A stretch of DNA of 64,000 nt, taken from Candidatus Aminicenantes bacterium. GTDB lineage: Bacteria > Acidobacteriota > Aminicenantia > Aminicenantales > JAFGBC01. This document shows, piece after piece, positions 20,150 to 32,074 of the stretch (position 1 is its first letter; each line of letters opens with the position of its first letter). A program made the translations under genes and the position numbers. The stretch lies in the NCBI GenBank assembly GCA_963702005.1, contig OY969696.1, forward strand, positions 736,001 through 800,000, written 5' to 3'. Under the pieces are notes generated by a model. It saw nothing but the letters and a program-made list of their open reading frames with translations. It searched no databases and had not been told where the DNA came from.

Positions 20150-22184
20150 TCAGAAGCTCCGCGCGCAGATCCCGCCGCCCGCGGTCCCGACGTAGATCTT
20201 GCGGGCGGCGCCGTCGACCTGGATCGAGTTCACGCTCTTGACCGGCAGGTCGCCGGAGAGGTCCGTCCAGGTCGCCCCCTTGTCGGCGCTGTGCCAGAGG
20301 CCGTTCCAGTTCCCGACAAAAAGCTCGTTCGGATTGAGCTTGTTGACGGCCAGGCAATCGCCGGAATAGGGCGCGTTGGCGAGCTTGGTCCAGGAGCCGC
20401 CGCCGTCCGTGGAGGCGAAAATGCCTTCCCACCCGGTCGCGGCATAGACCGTGGCGGGAGAGCCGCCGGACACGGCCAGGGCGTCGATCGGGCACCCGGT
20501 CGAGGGCGGGCTCAACGAGGTCCAGTTGGCCCCGCCGTCCGTGCTTTTATGCAGGACCGGCGAGCCGGAGGAGGTCGTGCCGGCGACATAGATCGTCCGG
20601 GTATTGGAGGGGTCGAACGCGGCGGCGCAAGCCTGGCTGTTTTCATCGGTCCGAATCCGGACCTGGGTCCAAGTCAGGCCGCCGTCGGTCGAGATGAAAA
20701 CGCCCATGTAATTTTTGCCGCCGACCACGATGTATCCCGCCGCCAGGACGCGGTTGGGAACGGCCGGGTCGACGACCAGGATCAGCCCCTGGCAGCCGGC
20801 GCCGGGAAGAAGCTGTTGAAAGTTGGCGCCTCCGTCTACAGACCTGTAGACGCGGGGGGTGCTTCAGCCGTAGGTCGAGAGATAAACCCGGTTCGGGTCC
20901 GCGCTGGGGACGGCCAGGTCGGCGATGTTGTCGCTCCCCAGGAAATCGGGGAGCTTCGTCCAGCTCGCGCAGGCGTTCGCGCTCTTGAAAACCCCGACCG
21001 ACGTCGCCGCCGCGTACGCCGTGGCCGGAGCGATCGCCGAGGACGAAGAGCCGGGCATCCGGAACCCCCCGATGTTCGTCGCCAGGATCCCCGCCTGGGA
21101 CGGCAGGAAGGTTTTCCCGGCGCTGGTGCTTTTAAAGACCCCCGCCGTCGCGGAGACGTGAACCGTGCTTCCCGAGATCAAGACCTTCGACGCGAGTCCG
21201 GCGAAGCCGGTCCCGCATTTGGTCCAATCCGTTCCGCCGTTCGTGCTCTTCCAGACTTCCTTGGACCCGCCGCCGTACACGATGCTGGGATGGACCTTGT
21301 TCGAAGGCCAGGGACTCCAGGTAAGCGATATAAGACGGGCTGTTCTGCTTCTTCCAAGTGGTCCCGGAGTTGGCCGATATCGCCACCCCCGCTACCGTGT
21401 TTTGGTAGGACACCAAGATCCGGGAGGGATTCGAGGGGTCGATGGCGACCGTGTAAGCATAGTTGACTATGGTGTGGAGATCGTTCATGAATGCGGGCGT
21501 GACGTTCTTCCAGGCCCCCCCGCCGTTCGTGGAGCGGAAGACGCGGGCGCGATAATTCGAGCCGTCGTAGAAGTACCCGCAGAAGAAAATGGTGGACGGA
21601 TTCTTGGGGGAGATGGCGATATCGCGGCCGTAGGCGTAGCTCGACGTCGCCTCCATCGTCTTATGGCTCCAGGTTTGGCCGCCGTTCGTCGTCATGAAGA
21701 CGGCGAGGCATGTCTTCCAACTGGACGTGTCATAGGTATAACTCCCCGCGACGAAAATGACCTTGGGATTTTGGGGGTTGATGGCGATCCTCCCGGAATA
21801 GCCCTGCCGGTATTGGCCGAACGGAAGCTTCGTGAAGGTCGACCCTTGATCGACCGATTTATAAAGTCCGTCCGAGGCCAGGATATAGATCGTCCGCGGA
21901 TTTTTAGGGTCCAGGACGAAATCGTAAGCGTAATCGCCGAGGATGGACTTGAGGGTCCAGCTCTTGCCGTTGTTGACGGACCGGTACACCAGCCCGCGCT
22001 CGGACACCGCATAAAGCTCGGAGGGCGATTTGAGGTTGCGGGCGATGCCCATGATGTTGCCGCCGGTGGGGCCGAGCTGGGTCCAGACCGCCGCTTGATC
22101 CACAGGGCGGGCGGCGCGCATGCCGGGGCCGCCGATGAGAAGGGCGCCAAGGATTGCCCAGATATAAACGGCCGGTCTTTTCAT
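20150..22184 (-). CDS. Putative selenoprotein 1: exported Asp-box/BNR beta-propeller (~677 aa, Sec at TGA 20864-20866; one extra base near 21300)
   Basis: Reads ...LSTYG-U-STPRVYRSVDGGANFQQLLPGAGC... in frame into ORF 20150..20728; SECIS hairpin 11 nt after TGA; removing one base at 21300/21301 restores AFDKVHPSIVYGG. Confidence 0.85.
20833..20852 (-). promoter_or_regulatory. Bacterial SECIS-like hairpin
   Basis: CGUCUACA-GGUC-UGUAGACG, 11 nt after in-frame UGA. Confidence 0.88.
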
Positions 22185-22323
22185 TCTCCCTCCTCCGGAA
22201 AAATCCGCATTTTCCCTTCTCGGCCATTATAGCGGGGGGTGTCCCGGCGGTCAACAGAGGTTGAGGCTCGGCGTCCGAGCCGCTGGGAGGCGACTGGTCG
22301 TCACCCCGGCGCCGGCCCGCTCC

Positions 22324-24345
22324 CTAAAACGTCCGCTTCCAGATGCCTCCACCTTGGGTCCCGACGTAGAGGGTGTGGTTCGTCGCGTTGAAAACGAGCT
22401 GATTTACGTACGGAACGGGCAGTCCCTGGCTGACGTCGGTCCAGGTCAGGCCCCGGTTCTGGCTGTAAAAAACGTTCTGGTTGTTTCCGACGAACACTTG
22501 GTTGGGATTGTTCTTGTTGACGGCCACGGCCCGGAAACCGTAGCTGTATGTTGTGAAGGTGCACTTGGTCCAGGAGGTCCCGCCGTTCGCACTCCGCCAG
22601 AGCTCACTGTTGGTCCCGACATAGACGATATTCGAGTCCTGGGGATCGACGGCGATCGCCTGGGGCGGGTATTGAATCCCGTTCGTGATCGCGGTCCAGT
22701 TGACCCCCCCATCCGCGCTCCTATACACGAGAGCGCTAGAGTTGGAGGTATATCCGCCGACGTAGAGGATGTTCGCGTCGCCCGGCGCGACCGCCACCAC
22801 GGTCGATTGGCTGCCCTCTTGGGTGCTGATCCGGATGGGCGTCCAGTTCGTCCCCCCGTCCTTGGAGACGACGATTCCCATCGACGTGACGCTCCCTTGT
22901 TTGACTGATCCGGTAATGATAAGTTGGCTGAAGTTCTGGGGATTCGCGTAGAGGCTTCCGTATCGGCACTCGTAGAGATCGTAAATCTGTTGGAACGTCC
23001 GTCCTCCGTCTACAGACCTGTAGACGAATTCGCCCTGCGGTCAGCCGCTGGGCTTGACATAGATGGTATTGGGATTCGTGGGGTGAACGACGATGCTGGC
23101 GACGAGCGTGCTGCCCACGAATGTTCCGCAGGTCGTCCAGGCCGATCCCCCATTGGCCGTCTTAAAGAGGGCATATCCCGTGATCCCGGCGTAGATGGTG
23201 CTCGGCGAAGAAGGCGAGACGCCTAAAGCCGCGATGTTCGAGCCGCGGATGCCGGCGTGGCTGGGATTCCAGGTGGAGCCGCCGTTCTTGCTCAGGAAAA
23301 TCCCAACCTGGCTTGCCAGGTGGACATTGGACCCGGCGGCCAGGATTATGCGGCTCTCTCCATGGATGCCGTCGCTGTAAGCTTTCCAGGTGATCCCGCC
23401 GTCCGTGCTCTTGAGGACGCTGTAGACGTAATCGAGCTCGCCTCCGGCATAAAGGATCTTGGAGTTGGCGGAATCGGCCGTGATGGAGTACACATACGTG
23501 ATCCCTGGAGTCTGTTGGGCCTTCCAGCTTCCGCCGGCGTTCGTCGTCCGGGCGATGCCGTTGTTGTGGGCCACCCAGGCTTTTTTCGGGTCGTGGGCGT
23601 CTACATAGATGGCGTTACAGGCGGGATAGGTTCCGTCGAAAATCGCGGCGCCGCCGACGCTCGTCCAGGTGCTTCCTCCGTTCTTCGAAACGTAGGCGCG
23701 GCCGGTATCGACGCTGTTCTTATAGTCGTAGCCGCATAGATAAATGTAATTGGGGTTGGCCTTGGCAAAAACGACGTCATATCCATAGCCGGAATCGGCC
23801 GAGTTCGGGAACCTCTTGACGGTCCAAGACGCGCCGCCGTTCGTCGTTTTAGCGACGGCGATATCGCTTTTGTAGTTCACGTTGTCATACCGGTATGACC
23901 CGGCGATCATAATGATCTGGGGATTGGCCGGGTGGACGGCGATCCGGCCGTACCAGCCGGTAAATCCGGCCGGGAATGCGCGAACCGTGAAATTTTTGCC
24001 CTTGTCCGTGCTCTTGTGAAGATAGCCGTAGCTGAGGACGTAGATCGTGCTCGGGGTCTTGGGATCGACAGCGAGGTCGTAGATCGCCTGGGAGACGATG
24101 GATTGGCGCGTCCAGCTCGCGCCGCTGTTCGTGGATCTCCAAACCTGACTCGGCCAGCTCGAGCTCGCGGCATAGAGCTCGGCCGCCGACTTGGGATTCC
24201 GGGCCAGGCCGCGGATATCCCCTCCGTAGGGGCCGACCGGGGTCCAGGAACCGGCCCGGTCGGGCCGCTCGATCGGGGCGGAGCCGCGCCCGAAGAGGAA
24301 GACGGCGCACAGGACCGCCAGGATGATGACGACGGCTTTTTTCAT
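22324..24345 (-). CDS. Putative selenoprotein 2: exported Asp-box beta-propeller (673 aa, Sec435 at TGA 23041-23043)
   Basis: MKKAVVII signal peptide; ...VKPSG-U-PQGEFVYRSVDGGRTFQQIYDLYEC... in frame into ORF 22324..22881. Confidence 0.88.
23007..23026 (-). promoter_or_regulatory. Bacterial SECIS-like hairpin
   Basis: CGUCUACA-GGUC-UGUAGACG, 14 nt after UGA. Confidence 0.88.
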
Positions 24346-24387
24346 AGGCCCTCCTCCGGGGTTCGAGCTCGTTGCATCCGTGACCGG

Positions 24388-24417
24388 ATTATAGGCAATT
24401 TCCCGCCCGGCGGTCAA
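24388..24417 (-). promoter_or_regulatory. Sigma-70 promoter repeated upstream of each tandem propeller gene
   Basis: TTGACC-N18-TATAAT here, at 26506-26535 and at 28721-28750; TTGACC-N17-TATAAT at 22226-22254. Confidence 0.75.
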
Positions 24418-24441
24418 TACAAAGGGTTGAAGGGGGGCTGC

Positions 24442-26463
24442 TTAAAACGTCCGCTTCCAGATGCCTCCACCTTGGGTCCCGACGTAGAGGGTGTGGTTCG
24501 TCGCGTTGAAAACGAGCTGGGCTACGTACGGAACGGGCAATCCCTGGCTGACGTCGGTCCAGGTCAGGCCTCGGTTCTGGCTGTAGAAAACGCCCTGGCT
24601 GGACCCGACAAACACCTCGTTGGGGTTGTTGTTGTTGACGGCCACAGCATCGAAATTGTAGGCGTTGGTCGGGAACGTGCATTTCGTCCATGAGGCCCCG
24701 CCGTTCGAACTCCGCCAAACTTCCCAAAAGGTCCCAACATAGACGATGTTCGGATCCTGGGGATCGATGGCGATAGATTGGGGCACGTATTGGATTCCGT
24801 TCGTGACGGAGGTCCAGTCAACCCCTCCGTTCACGCTCTTATAGACAAGCCCGGTATAGGTAGCGCTCTGGCCGCCGACATAGAGGAGGTTAGCGTTGCT
24901 GGGCGCGACCGCCGCGACGTTCGATTGGCTGCCGTCCTGGCTGCAGATTTTGACCGGCGTCCAACTCGACCCCCCGTTCGTCGAGAACACGATTCCCATC
25001 GAGGTTACGCCCCCCTGCTTGACCGAGCCCGTGATCAGGAGGAAGTTGATGTTCTGGGGGTTCGCGTAAAGGTTTCCGTACCGGCATTCGTAGAGATCGT
25101 AAATCTGCTCGAATTTCCGTCCTCCGTCTACAGACCTGTAGACGAATTCGCCCTGGGGTCAGCCGCTGGGCTTGACGTAGATGGTGTTCGGGTTCGAGGG
25201 ATGGACGACCACGCTGGCGACGAGATCGCTGCCGTAGAATTCGGTACAGGGCGTCCAGGCGGAACCCCCGTTGACCGTCTTGAGCAGAGCGTAGCCTTGG
25301 ATTCCGGTGTAAATCGTGTTCGGCGAGGAAGGGGCGATGGCGAAGGCTTTGATATTTGCCGCCCGGATTCCGTTGTGGCCGGGGTTCCAGGTCGTGCCGC
25401 CGTTCTTGCTCAAGAAGATTCCCGCTTGCGTCGCCTGGTGGACCTTGGAGCCGGCGGCCAATATTTGGCGACATTCTCCGTAGAGGCCGGTGCTCGAAGC
25501 CTTCCAGGCATTACCCCCGTCGGTGCTCTTGAGGCTGCTGTAGACCAAATTGTACTTGCCGCCCGCGTAGAGGATATTCGGGTTGGAGGAATCGGCCGCG
25601 ATGGCCGTAACATGCGTGATCTGGGGCGTCTGCTGGGCCTTCCAGCTCCCGCCGGCGTTCGTGGTCCGGGCGATGCCGCTGTCATGGCCCACCCAGGCTT
25701 TTTTCGGGTCGCGGGGATCGACGTGAATGGAGTAGCAGGCAGGGTAGCTGTTGTTGAAGACGGCCGACGAGCCGACGCTCGCCCAGGTGCTCCCGCCGTT
25801 CTTGGAAACGAAGACCCGCGCGGCTGTGACGCTGTTTTTCTGATCATACCCACAGAGATAAATGTAATTGGGGTTGCTTTTGGCGAATACGATGCCGCGG
25901 CCATAACCATAGTCGGTCAGATTGGAAAGTCTTTTGAGCGTCCAGGTCGCGCCGCCGTTCGTCGTCTTGGCGACGGCGATTTCGGAATGCCAATCGGCGG
26001 TGTTGTAATAATAAGACCCGACGACCATGATAATCTTGGGATTAGCCGGGTGGACGGCGATCCGGCCGTTGTAGGACTGGAAATCGTCCGGGAACCGATG
26101 GTTCGAGAAGGTCTTGCCTTTATCCGTGCTCGTGTAGAGATAACTTTCGCTGAGGAGGTAAATCGTGCTCGGGGTCTTGGGGTCGATGGCGAGGTCGTAA
26201 ATCCATTGCATGACGATCGATTGGCGCGTCCAGCTGGCGCCGCTGTTCGTGGATCTCCAAATCTGGCTCGGAGAACTCGAGCTCACGGCGTAGAGTTCGG
26301 CCGCCGACTTGGGATTCCGGGCCAGGCCTTGGATATCCCCTCCGTAGGGGCCGAGCGGGGTCCAGGAACCAGCCCGGTCGGGCCTGTCCGCCGGGCCGGG
26401 GCTGCGCCCGAATAGAAAGACGGCGCACAGGACCGCCAGGATGATGACGACGGCTTTTTTCAT
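24442..26463 (-). CDS. Putative selenoprotein 3: exported Asp-box beta-propeller (673 aa, Sec435 at TGA 25159-25161)
   Basis: Same length as paralog 2; ...VKPSG-U-PQGEFVYRSVDGGRKFEQIYDLYEC... in frame into ORF 24442..24999. Confidence 0.88.
25125..25144 (-). promoter_or_regulatory. Bacterial SECIS-like hairpin
   Basis: CGUCUACA-GGUC-UGUAGACG, 14 nt after UGA. Confidence 0.88.
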
Positions 26464-26642
26464 GGGCCCTCCTCCGGGGTTCGAGCTCGTTGCATCCGCG
26501 ACGGGATTATAGGCAATTTCCCGGCCGGCGGTCAAGAAACCGCGGTAAAAAGGCCATCCTCAGAACTTCCTCCACCAGATCCCCGCCCCCTCGGTCGCGG
26601 CAAAAACTCTCCGGCCGGCCGCGGAATCGGCGTCAGCGCCGA

Positions 26643-28679
26643 TTAAAAATCCCTCCGCAGAATGCCGCCCCCCGATGTTCCGACGTAGACCTGGCGGGCG
26701 GCGCCGTCGATCTCTATCGATGTCACGCCCCTGACGGGAAGACCCTCCGAAATGTCCGTCCAGGTTGCTCCTTTGTCGTTGCTGTAGGAAAAGAAGCTCC
26801 AGTTCCCCGCGAATATTTCGTTTGGGTTGGACTCATTGATGGCGATGCAATTGCATCCCCAGGGGCCGTTCTCGAGCTTGGTCCAGGTGTCCCCGCCGTT
26901 CGTGGAGACGAAAATACCCGCCCAGGAGGTTCCCAGATAGATCGTGCCCGAGACGCTCGGATCTACGGCGATGGCCTCGATCCTGGCTGAGGACGAGGGA
27001 GGAGTCAGCTCGGTCCAGCTCGCGCCCCCGTCCGTGCTCTTGTGCAGGGCCGGGGCATAGGAGGATTTATAGCCGGCGACATAGATCGTATTCCTGTTCG
27101 AAGGGTCGAACGCCGCGACTTCCAGGCAGCTGCCCGTATCGTTCCTGATCTTGATTTGTTTCCAATCGGATCCGCCGTCCGTCGACAGGAAAATCCCCAT
27201 TACATATTGACTGCCGCTGACGACATATCCTCCCGCTATGATGTGCTTCGGATCCGCGGGATCGGTCAGGAGGATGAGTCCTTGGCAGCCGGCTCCGGGC
27301 AGAAGTTGCTTAAAGCTTTTGCCTCCGTCTACGGAACTGTAGACGCGGGGGTTGCTTCAGCCGTAGGTCGAGAGGTAGACCCTGTTCGGGTCCGCGTTCG
27401 GAACGGCGAGATGAGCGATGCTGTCGCTTCCCGCGAAATTGCCGAGCTTCGCCCAGCTCCTGAAGCCGTTCTCGGTTCTAAAGATGCCGTAATTGGTGAC
27501 CGCGGCATAGGCTGTGTTTGCGGAGGCGGCGCTCGCCGATGAGCGGGGATATTGGAAATCCGCTATTTCGGCGGCTTGAATTCCCGCGTGGGAGGCTTTA
27601 AAAGAGCGGCCCGCGTTCGTGCTCTTGAAGACGCCCGCCGTGGACGTGACCTGAAGCGTATTCCCCGAGGCAATGATCCTCGATACGGTGCCGCAGAGGA
27701 CGTTCGAGAATGGCGTCCAATGATGTCCGCCGTCCTTGCTTTGATAGATCGTTTTATAGGCTCCTCCGTAGAGGACATTGGGATTGGTTTTGTCGAGGGA
27801 AAGGGACTGGATATTATAAAGGCTCTGAGGATTCGTCTGGTTCTGCCAACTGACCCCGGCGTCGGCCGTAAAGGCCACTCCGCCATAATACGGGACGAAC
27901 AATCTCGCGGCGTTCGAGGGGTCGACGGCGACGGCGTAGGCCTGGCCGTAAAATCCCGAGCCCGCGTTCATGAAGGCGGGAGTGATGTCCTTCCAGGTCC
28001 CGCCCGTATTCGTGGAGCGGTAGATGCGGGCGATGCAGCCCGTGCCGGCCCAATAATAGCCGCAGAAATAGACCGTGGACGGAGCCTGGGCGGGAATGAC
28101 GATGTCGCGCGCGCAGCCCGAATCCGAAGTCGTGTCCATCGTCTTCTGGGTCCAGCTTTTGCCTCCGTTCGTCGATTTGAAGACGGCCAGGCACGATTTG
28201 TTGGCGCTTGAATTGGTGGTATAGCTTCCCGAAACGAAGACGATATTCGGATTTTGGGGGTGGACCGCGATTCGGCCCAGAAAGGCGTATCGATGGCCGC
28301 CGAGCGGGAATTTCGTGAATGTTGTTCCTCTATCGGCGGACTTATAGAACGCTTCCGAGGATAGGACATAGACTGTCCGCGGATTCTTCGGGTCCAGCGC
28401 TATATCGGAAGCATCGATGTCGAGGTGGGACTGGCGTGTCCAACTCCCGCAGCCGTCGGCTGACCGGAAGACTTGCCCCTGCTTGGTTAGGACGTATAGT
28501 TCGCTCGGAGATTTCGGGTGGCGCGCGATGGAGATGATATTTCCGCCGTTCGGCCCGAGTCCGGTCCAGACCGAAGCGGCCTCCGGAGACGACGATGGAG
28601 AGGGCTCCGGTCCGCGAAGGCGGCCGTAGAGCACGGCGGCGCAGAAGACGGCTAAGATGACCCCCATGGCTTTTTTCAT
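26643..28679 (-). CDS. Putative selenoprotein 4: exported Asp-box beta-propeller (678 aa, Sec441 at TGA 27357-27359)
   Basis: ...LSTYG-U-SNPRVYSSVDGGKSFKQLLPGAGC... in frame into ORF 26643..27200; variant hairpin. Confidence 0.82.
27326..27345 (-). promoter_or_regulatory. Variant SECIS-like hairpin
   Basis: CGUCUAC-AGUUCC-GUAGACG, 11 nt after UGA; 7-bp stem intact, apex altered. Confidence 0.72.
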
Positions 28680-28819
28680 GGACCCTCCGTCGGAAGCCGC
28701 GTTCCTTTTATCCTGGCTGAATTATAGGGAATTCTCCGCCCGGCGGTCAAGAAACCGCGGAAAAAAGCCGTTCTCTCCTCTTGACAAGCCGCGGGGGTTT
28801 CAATAACTTAGGTAAAGCC

Positions 28820-29386
28820 ATGAGAACCAAGACAGTCCTATCCACCCTGTTCTTTTTCGCGGTTTTCTGCCTTTTGTCCTCGGCCCTCGCCTCGGCCCAG
28901 CTCGAAGTCCCCAAGGTCGTGACCGCGCGGGCCGTCTTGTCCAAGAGCGCAGTCCACGCCGGTGAGACGGTCAAAATCGCCGTCGTCCTCAAGATCGAGA
29001 AGGGCTGGCACATCAACTCGGATGATCCCGGCGACGAGTTCCTGTTCCCCTCGTCCCTCGCCCTTGACGAGGTCGCCGGCTTCGAGGTCAAGGCTTTGGC
29101 CTTCCCCAAGCCCAAGCAGGCCAAGTTCGAGTACTCCGACTTCGAGCTCCGCGTCTACGAAGACGAGGCCGTCGTGGGGGCGCTCCTCCAGGTCGCGGAG
29201 AGCGTTAAAGCCGGCGCCTACAGCCTGACGGGAGTGTTCAAGTACCAGGCCTGCAACAATACGTCGTGCATTATGCCCCAGGACCTCCGCCTCGAGATCC
29301 CGGTCGAGGTCGTGGCGGCGGGCGTCGAGACCAAGGACGTCGAGCCCGACCTCTTCGCCAAGATCGAATTCAAGGACAAAAGCTGA
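28820..29386 (+). CDS. Stand-alone DsbD N-terminal (alpha) domain protein, periplasmic
   Basis: Signal peptide, GWHINS, YQACNNTSCIMP (Cx4C); TTGACA-N17-TAACTT promoter at 28781-28809; first gene of sel operon. Confidence 0.85.
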   Translation: MRTKTVLSTLFFFAVFCLLSSALASAQLEVPKVVTARAVLSKSAVHAGETVKIAVVLKIEKGWHINSDDPGDEFLFPSSLALDEVAGFEVKALAFPKPKQAKFEYSDFELRVYEDEAVVGALLQVAESVKAGAYSLTGVFKYQACNNTSCIMPQDLRLEIPVEVVAAGVETKDVEPDLFAKIEFKDKS

Positions 29387-29400
29387 GGCGCGGGCCGCGA

Positions 29401-29422
29401 TCGGAGGCTCGGTCGGCTCCGA
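29401..29422 (+). promoter_or_regulatory. SECIS-like hairpin in selA leader
   Basis: UCGGAG(G)C(U)C-GGUC-GGCUCCGA with GGUC loop, 14 nt after the upstream UGA stop and next to the selA SD. Confidence 0.5.
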
Positions 29423-29432
29423 ACGGAGACGC

Positions 29433-30842
29433 ATGAAAGAATCTCTTTTTCGGCTGATCCCATCTGTGGACGCCCTCCTCAATCATCCGGAGGCGCGCCG
29501 GCTCGCCGAGGCGTACGGGCGGCCCTTGGCCTTGGACGCCGTCCGCGACGAGCTCGAGGCGGTCCGGGCCGAAATCCAAACGGCCGGCGCCGCATCATCC
29601 TTGGCCGAGAAAGACCTTGCCCCGGAGGCCTTGCTCGACCGAGTCCGGGCGCGGCTCGAGCGGAAGCTCGCCCCCTCGCTGGGACGCACGATCAACGCGA
29701 CCGGGATCGTCATCCATACCGGGCTGGGGCGGGCCGTCCTGGCTCCCGAGGCGCGGGAGGCCCTGGCGCGCGTGTCCCAAGGATACTCGCAGCTCGCCGT
29801 GGATCTTGAGACAGGTCAGCGCGGCCATCGCGACGTCCATTACGCCTCCCTTCTCCGCGAGCTGACCGGCGCCGAGGCCGGTTTCGCCGTCAACAACAAC
29901 GCCGCGGCGACCGTCCTCCTTCTCAACACCCTGGCCAAAGGCAAGGAGGTCATCCTCTCGCGCGGCCAGCTTGTCGAGATCGGGGGTTCGTTCCGGATGC
30001 CCGACGTCATGGAGACGTCGGGGGCCGTCCTGCGCGAGGTCGGGACGACCAACAAGACCCATCTCCGCGACTACGAGGCGGCGATCTCGGACCGGACCGG
30101 CATCCTCCTTCGCGTCCACCACTCGAACTACCGGATCATGGGCTTCGCCGAGGAGCCGGGGATCGAGGAGCTGGTCGAGCTCGGCCGCAAGCACGGCCTC
30201 CCCGTCGTCGACGATATCGGAAGCGGGGCGCTGGTTGACCTCAAAGATTACGACCTCGAGACCGAGCCACTCGTCCAGCGGAGCGTCCGGGCCGGCGCCG
30301 ACGCCGTCTGCTTCTCGGGCGACAAGCTCATCGGCGGGCCCCAGTCGGGGATCATCGTCGGCAGGGCCAAGGTCGTCGGGCGCGTCAAGAAAAACCCGCT
30401 GGCCCGCGCTTTCCGGATCGGGAAGCTGACCGCGGCCGCCCTCGAAGCGACCCTCAAGCTCTTCCTGGACCCGGACCGGCTGAGGGACCGGCATCCCGTC
30501 TACCGGATGCTGGGGCTGGACGCGAAGGAGATCGAACGGCGGGCGCGCGCCGCGTCGGATACGCTGGCGCTCGGCCTGGCCGGGCGGGCCCGCGTTTCGG
30601 TCGTAGAGGACCGGTCCCAGGTCGGAAGCGGCTCGGTCCCGGTTGAGACCCTCCCGACCTTCGTCCTCAAAATCGAATCCGCGTCTCTTCCGGCCGAGGA
30701 GCTGGCCCGCCGGCTGCGGCGCGGCGCCCCGCCCGTCTTCGGCCGCGTCCACAAGGACGCGCTCCTTCTCGACTTTCGGACCGTCTTCCCCGAAGAGGAC
30801 GGCATCGTCATCGACGCCGTCCGGGCGGCCGTCGAACCTTAA
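29433..30842 (+). CDS. selA: L-seryl-tRNA(Sec) selenium transferase
   Basis: [54 protein letters not shown]. Confidence 0.97.
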   Translation: MKESLFRLIPSVDALLNHPEARRLAEAYGRPLALDAVRDELEAVRAEIQTAGAASSLAEKDLAPEALLDRVRARLERKLAPSLGRTINATGIVIHTGLGRAVLAPEAREALARVSQGYSQLAVDLETGQRGHRDVHYASLLRELTGAEAGFAVNNNAAATVLLLNTLAKGKEVILSRGQLVEIGGSFRMPDVMETSGAVLREVGTTNKTHLRDYEAAISDRTGILLRVHHSNYRIMGFAEEPGIEELVELGRKHGLPVVDDIGSGALVDLKDYDLETEPLVQRSVRAGADAVCFSGDKLIGGPQSGIIVGRAKVVGRVKKNPLARAFRIGKLTAAALEATLKLFLDPDRLRDRHPVYRMLGLDAKEIERRARAASDTLALGLAGRARVSVVEDRSQVGSGSVPVETLPTFVLKIESASLPAEELARRLRRGAPPVFGRVHKDALLLDFRTVFPEEDGIVIDAVRAAVEP

Positions 30843-30857
30843 GGGAGAGAACCGGCC

Positions 30858-32063
30858 ATGGTCGACCTCGAAAAGCGCCGCCGGATCATGGGGCGCTCCA
30901 TCAAGCTCGGGCACTGCATCTGCAACCCCAAGGACCCCTGTCCCTGCGACCTGTTCAAGCGGAAGAACGTCTGCCTCTGCGCGGGCGAGCGCGAAGAGGA
31001 GGCGGCCGAGGACGTCGCCCTGACCAAGCTCGTCGAGAACGCGGGCTGCGCCTCCAAGGTCTCCCAGGAATTTCTCAAACAGGCCCTCGAGGGGCTGCCC
31101 GCCGTCTTCGACCCGCGGGTGCTCGTCAGCTCCTCGACTTGCGACGACGCCGGGATCTTCAAGCTCAACAATACGACCGCGCTCGTCCAGACGGTCGACG
31201 TCTTCTCGCCCTGCGTCGACGACCCCTACGTCTTCGGCCAGATCGCCGCGGCCAACTCCGTGAGCGACGTCTATGCCATGGGCGGAAAACCCCTGACGGC
31301 CCTGTCCATTATCGGATTCCCCTCGGACCGGCTCTCGCCCCGGATCATGAACAAGATGCTCCAGGGCGGAATCGACAAGCTCGGCGAGGCCGGGGTCCCC
31401 GTCCTAGGCGGCCACAGCATCAAGGACGCCGAAGTCAAATTTGGGTTCGCCGTCACCGGGGTCGTCCGGCCCGATCGCATCCTGACCAACGACAAGGCCC
31501 GGCCCGGGAACGTCCTTGTCCTGACCAAGCCGATCGGGACGGGGCTGGCCTGCTTCGCCCAACAGCTCGGGAAGGCGGACGCGGCGCTCCTCGAGGCGAC
31601 CGCCCGCTCCATGACCGAGCTCAACGGCCCCGCCGCCGAGGAGGCCGTCAGAGCCGGCGTGCGGGCCGCGACCGACGTGACCGGATTCGGTCTCCTCGGC
31701 CACTTGGCCGAGATGGCTGTCCAGAGCCGGGTCACGGCCGAAATCTGGGCCGAGGAAGTGCCCCTGTTCAAGGGCGTCCTCGACCTCGCCCGCAAGGGGG
31801 TCGTCTCGGGCGCCGTCGAGCGGAACCGGGAATACGCGATGCGCTTCGTGACCAAGGCCCCGGACGTCGGCGAAGAGTGGGAGGCGGTCCTCCTCGATCC
31901 CCAGACCTCGGGCGGTCTTCTTCTTGCCGTTTCCCGGGCGCGCGCGGCCGGGCTCCTCAAGAGGCTCGCGGCGCGGGGGATCGCGTCGGCGCGGATCATC
32001 GGGCGCATCGCAGAGTCGTCCGAGGGAGCGATCCGTGTCCGACTCCGGCCGGAGGGTTCTTAA
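30858..32063 (+). CDS. selD: Selenophosphate synthetase (Cys form) with Cys-rich N-terminal extension
   Basis: [52 protein letters not shown]. Confidence 0.95.
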   Translation: MVDLEKRRRIMGRSIKLGHCICNPKDPCPCDLFKRKNVCLCAGEREEEAAEDVALTKLVENAGCASKVSQEFLKQALEGLPAVFDPRVLVSSSTCDDAGIFKLNNTTALVQTVDVFSPCVDDPYVFGQIAAANSVSDVYAMGGKPLTALSIIGFPSDRLSPRIMNKMLQGGIDKLGEAGVPVLGGHSIKDAEVKFGFAVTGVVRPDRILTNDKARPGNVLVLTKPIGTGLACFAQQLGKADAALLEATARSMTELNGPAAEEAVRAGVRAATDVTGFGLLGHLAEMAVQSRVTAEIWAEEVPLFKGVLDLARKGVVSGAVERNREYAMRFVTKAPDVGEEWEAVLLDPQTSGGLLLAVSRARAAGLLKRLAARGIASARIIGRIAESSEGAIRVRLRPEGS

Positions 32064-32074
32064 GGGGAGAGGTC

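Noticed and set aside
24346-24417. ORF-track N-terminal extension MTAGREIAYNP on paralogs 2 and 3
   Set aside because: The TTG start is the -35 box of the promoter; the real start is MKK after GGAGGAGG.
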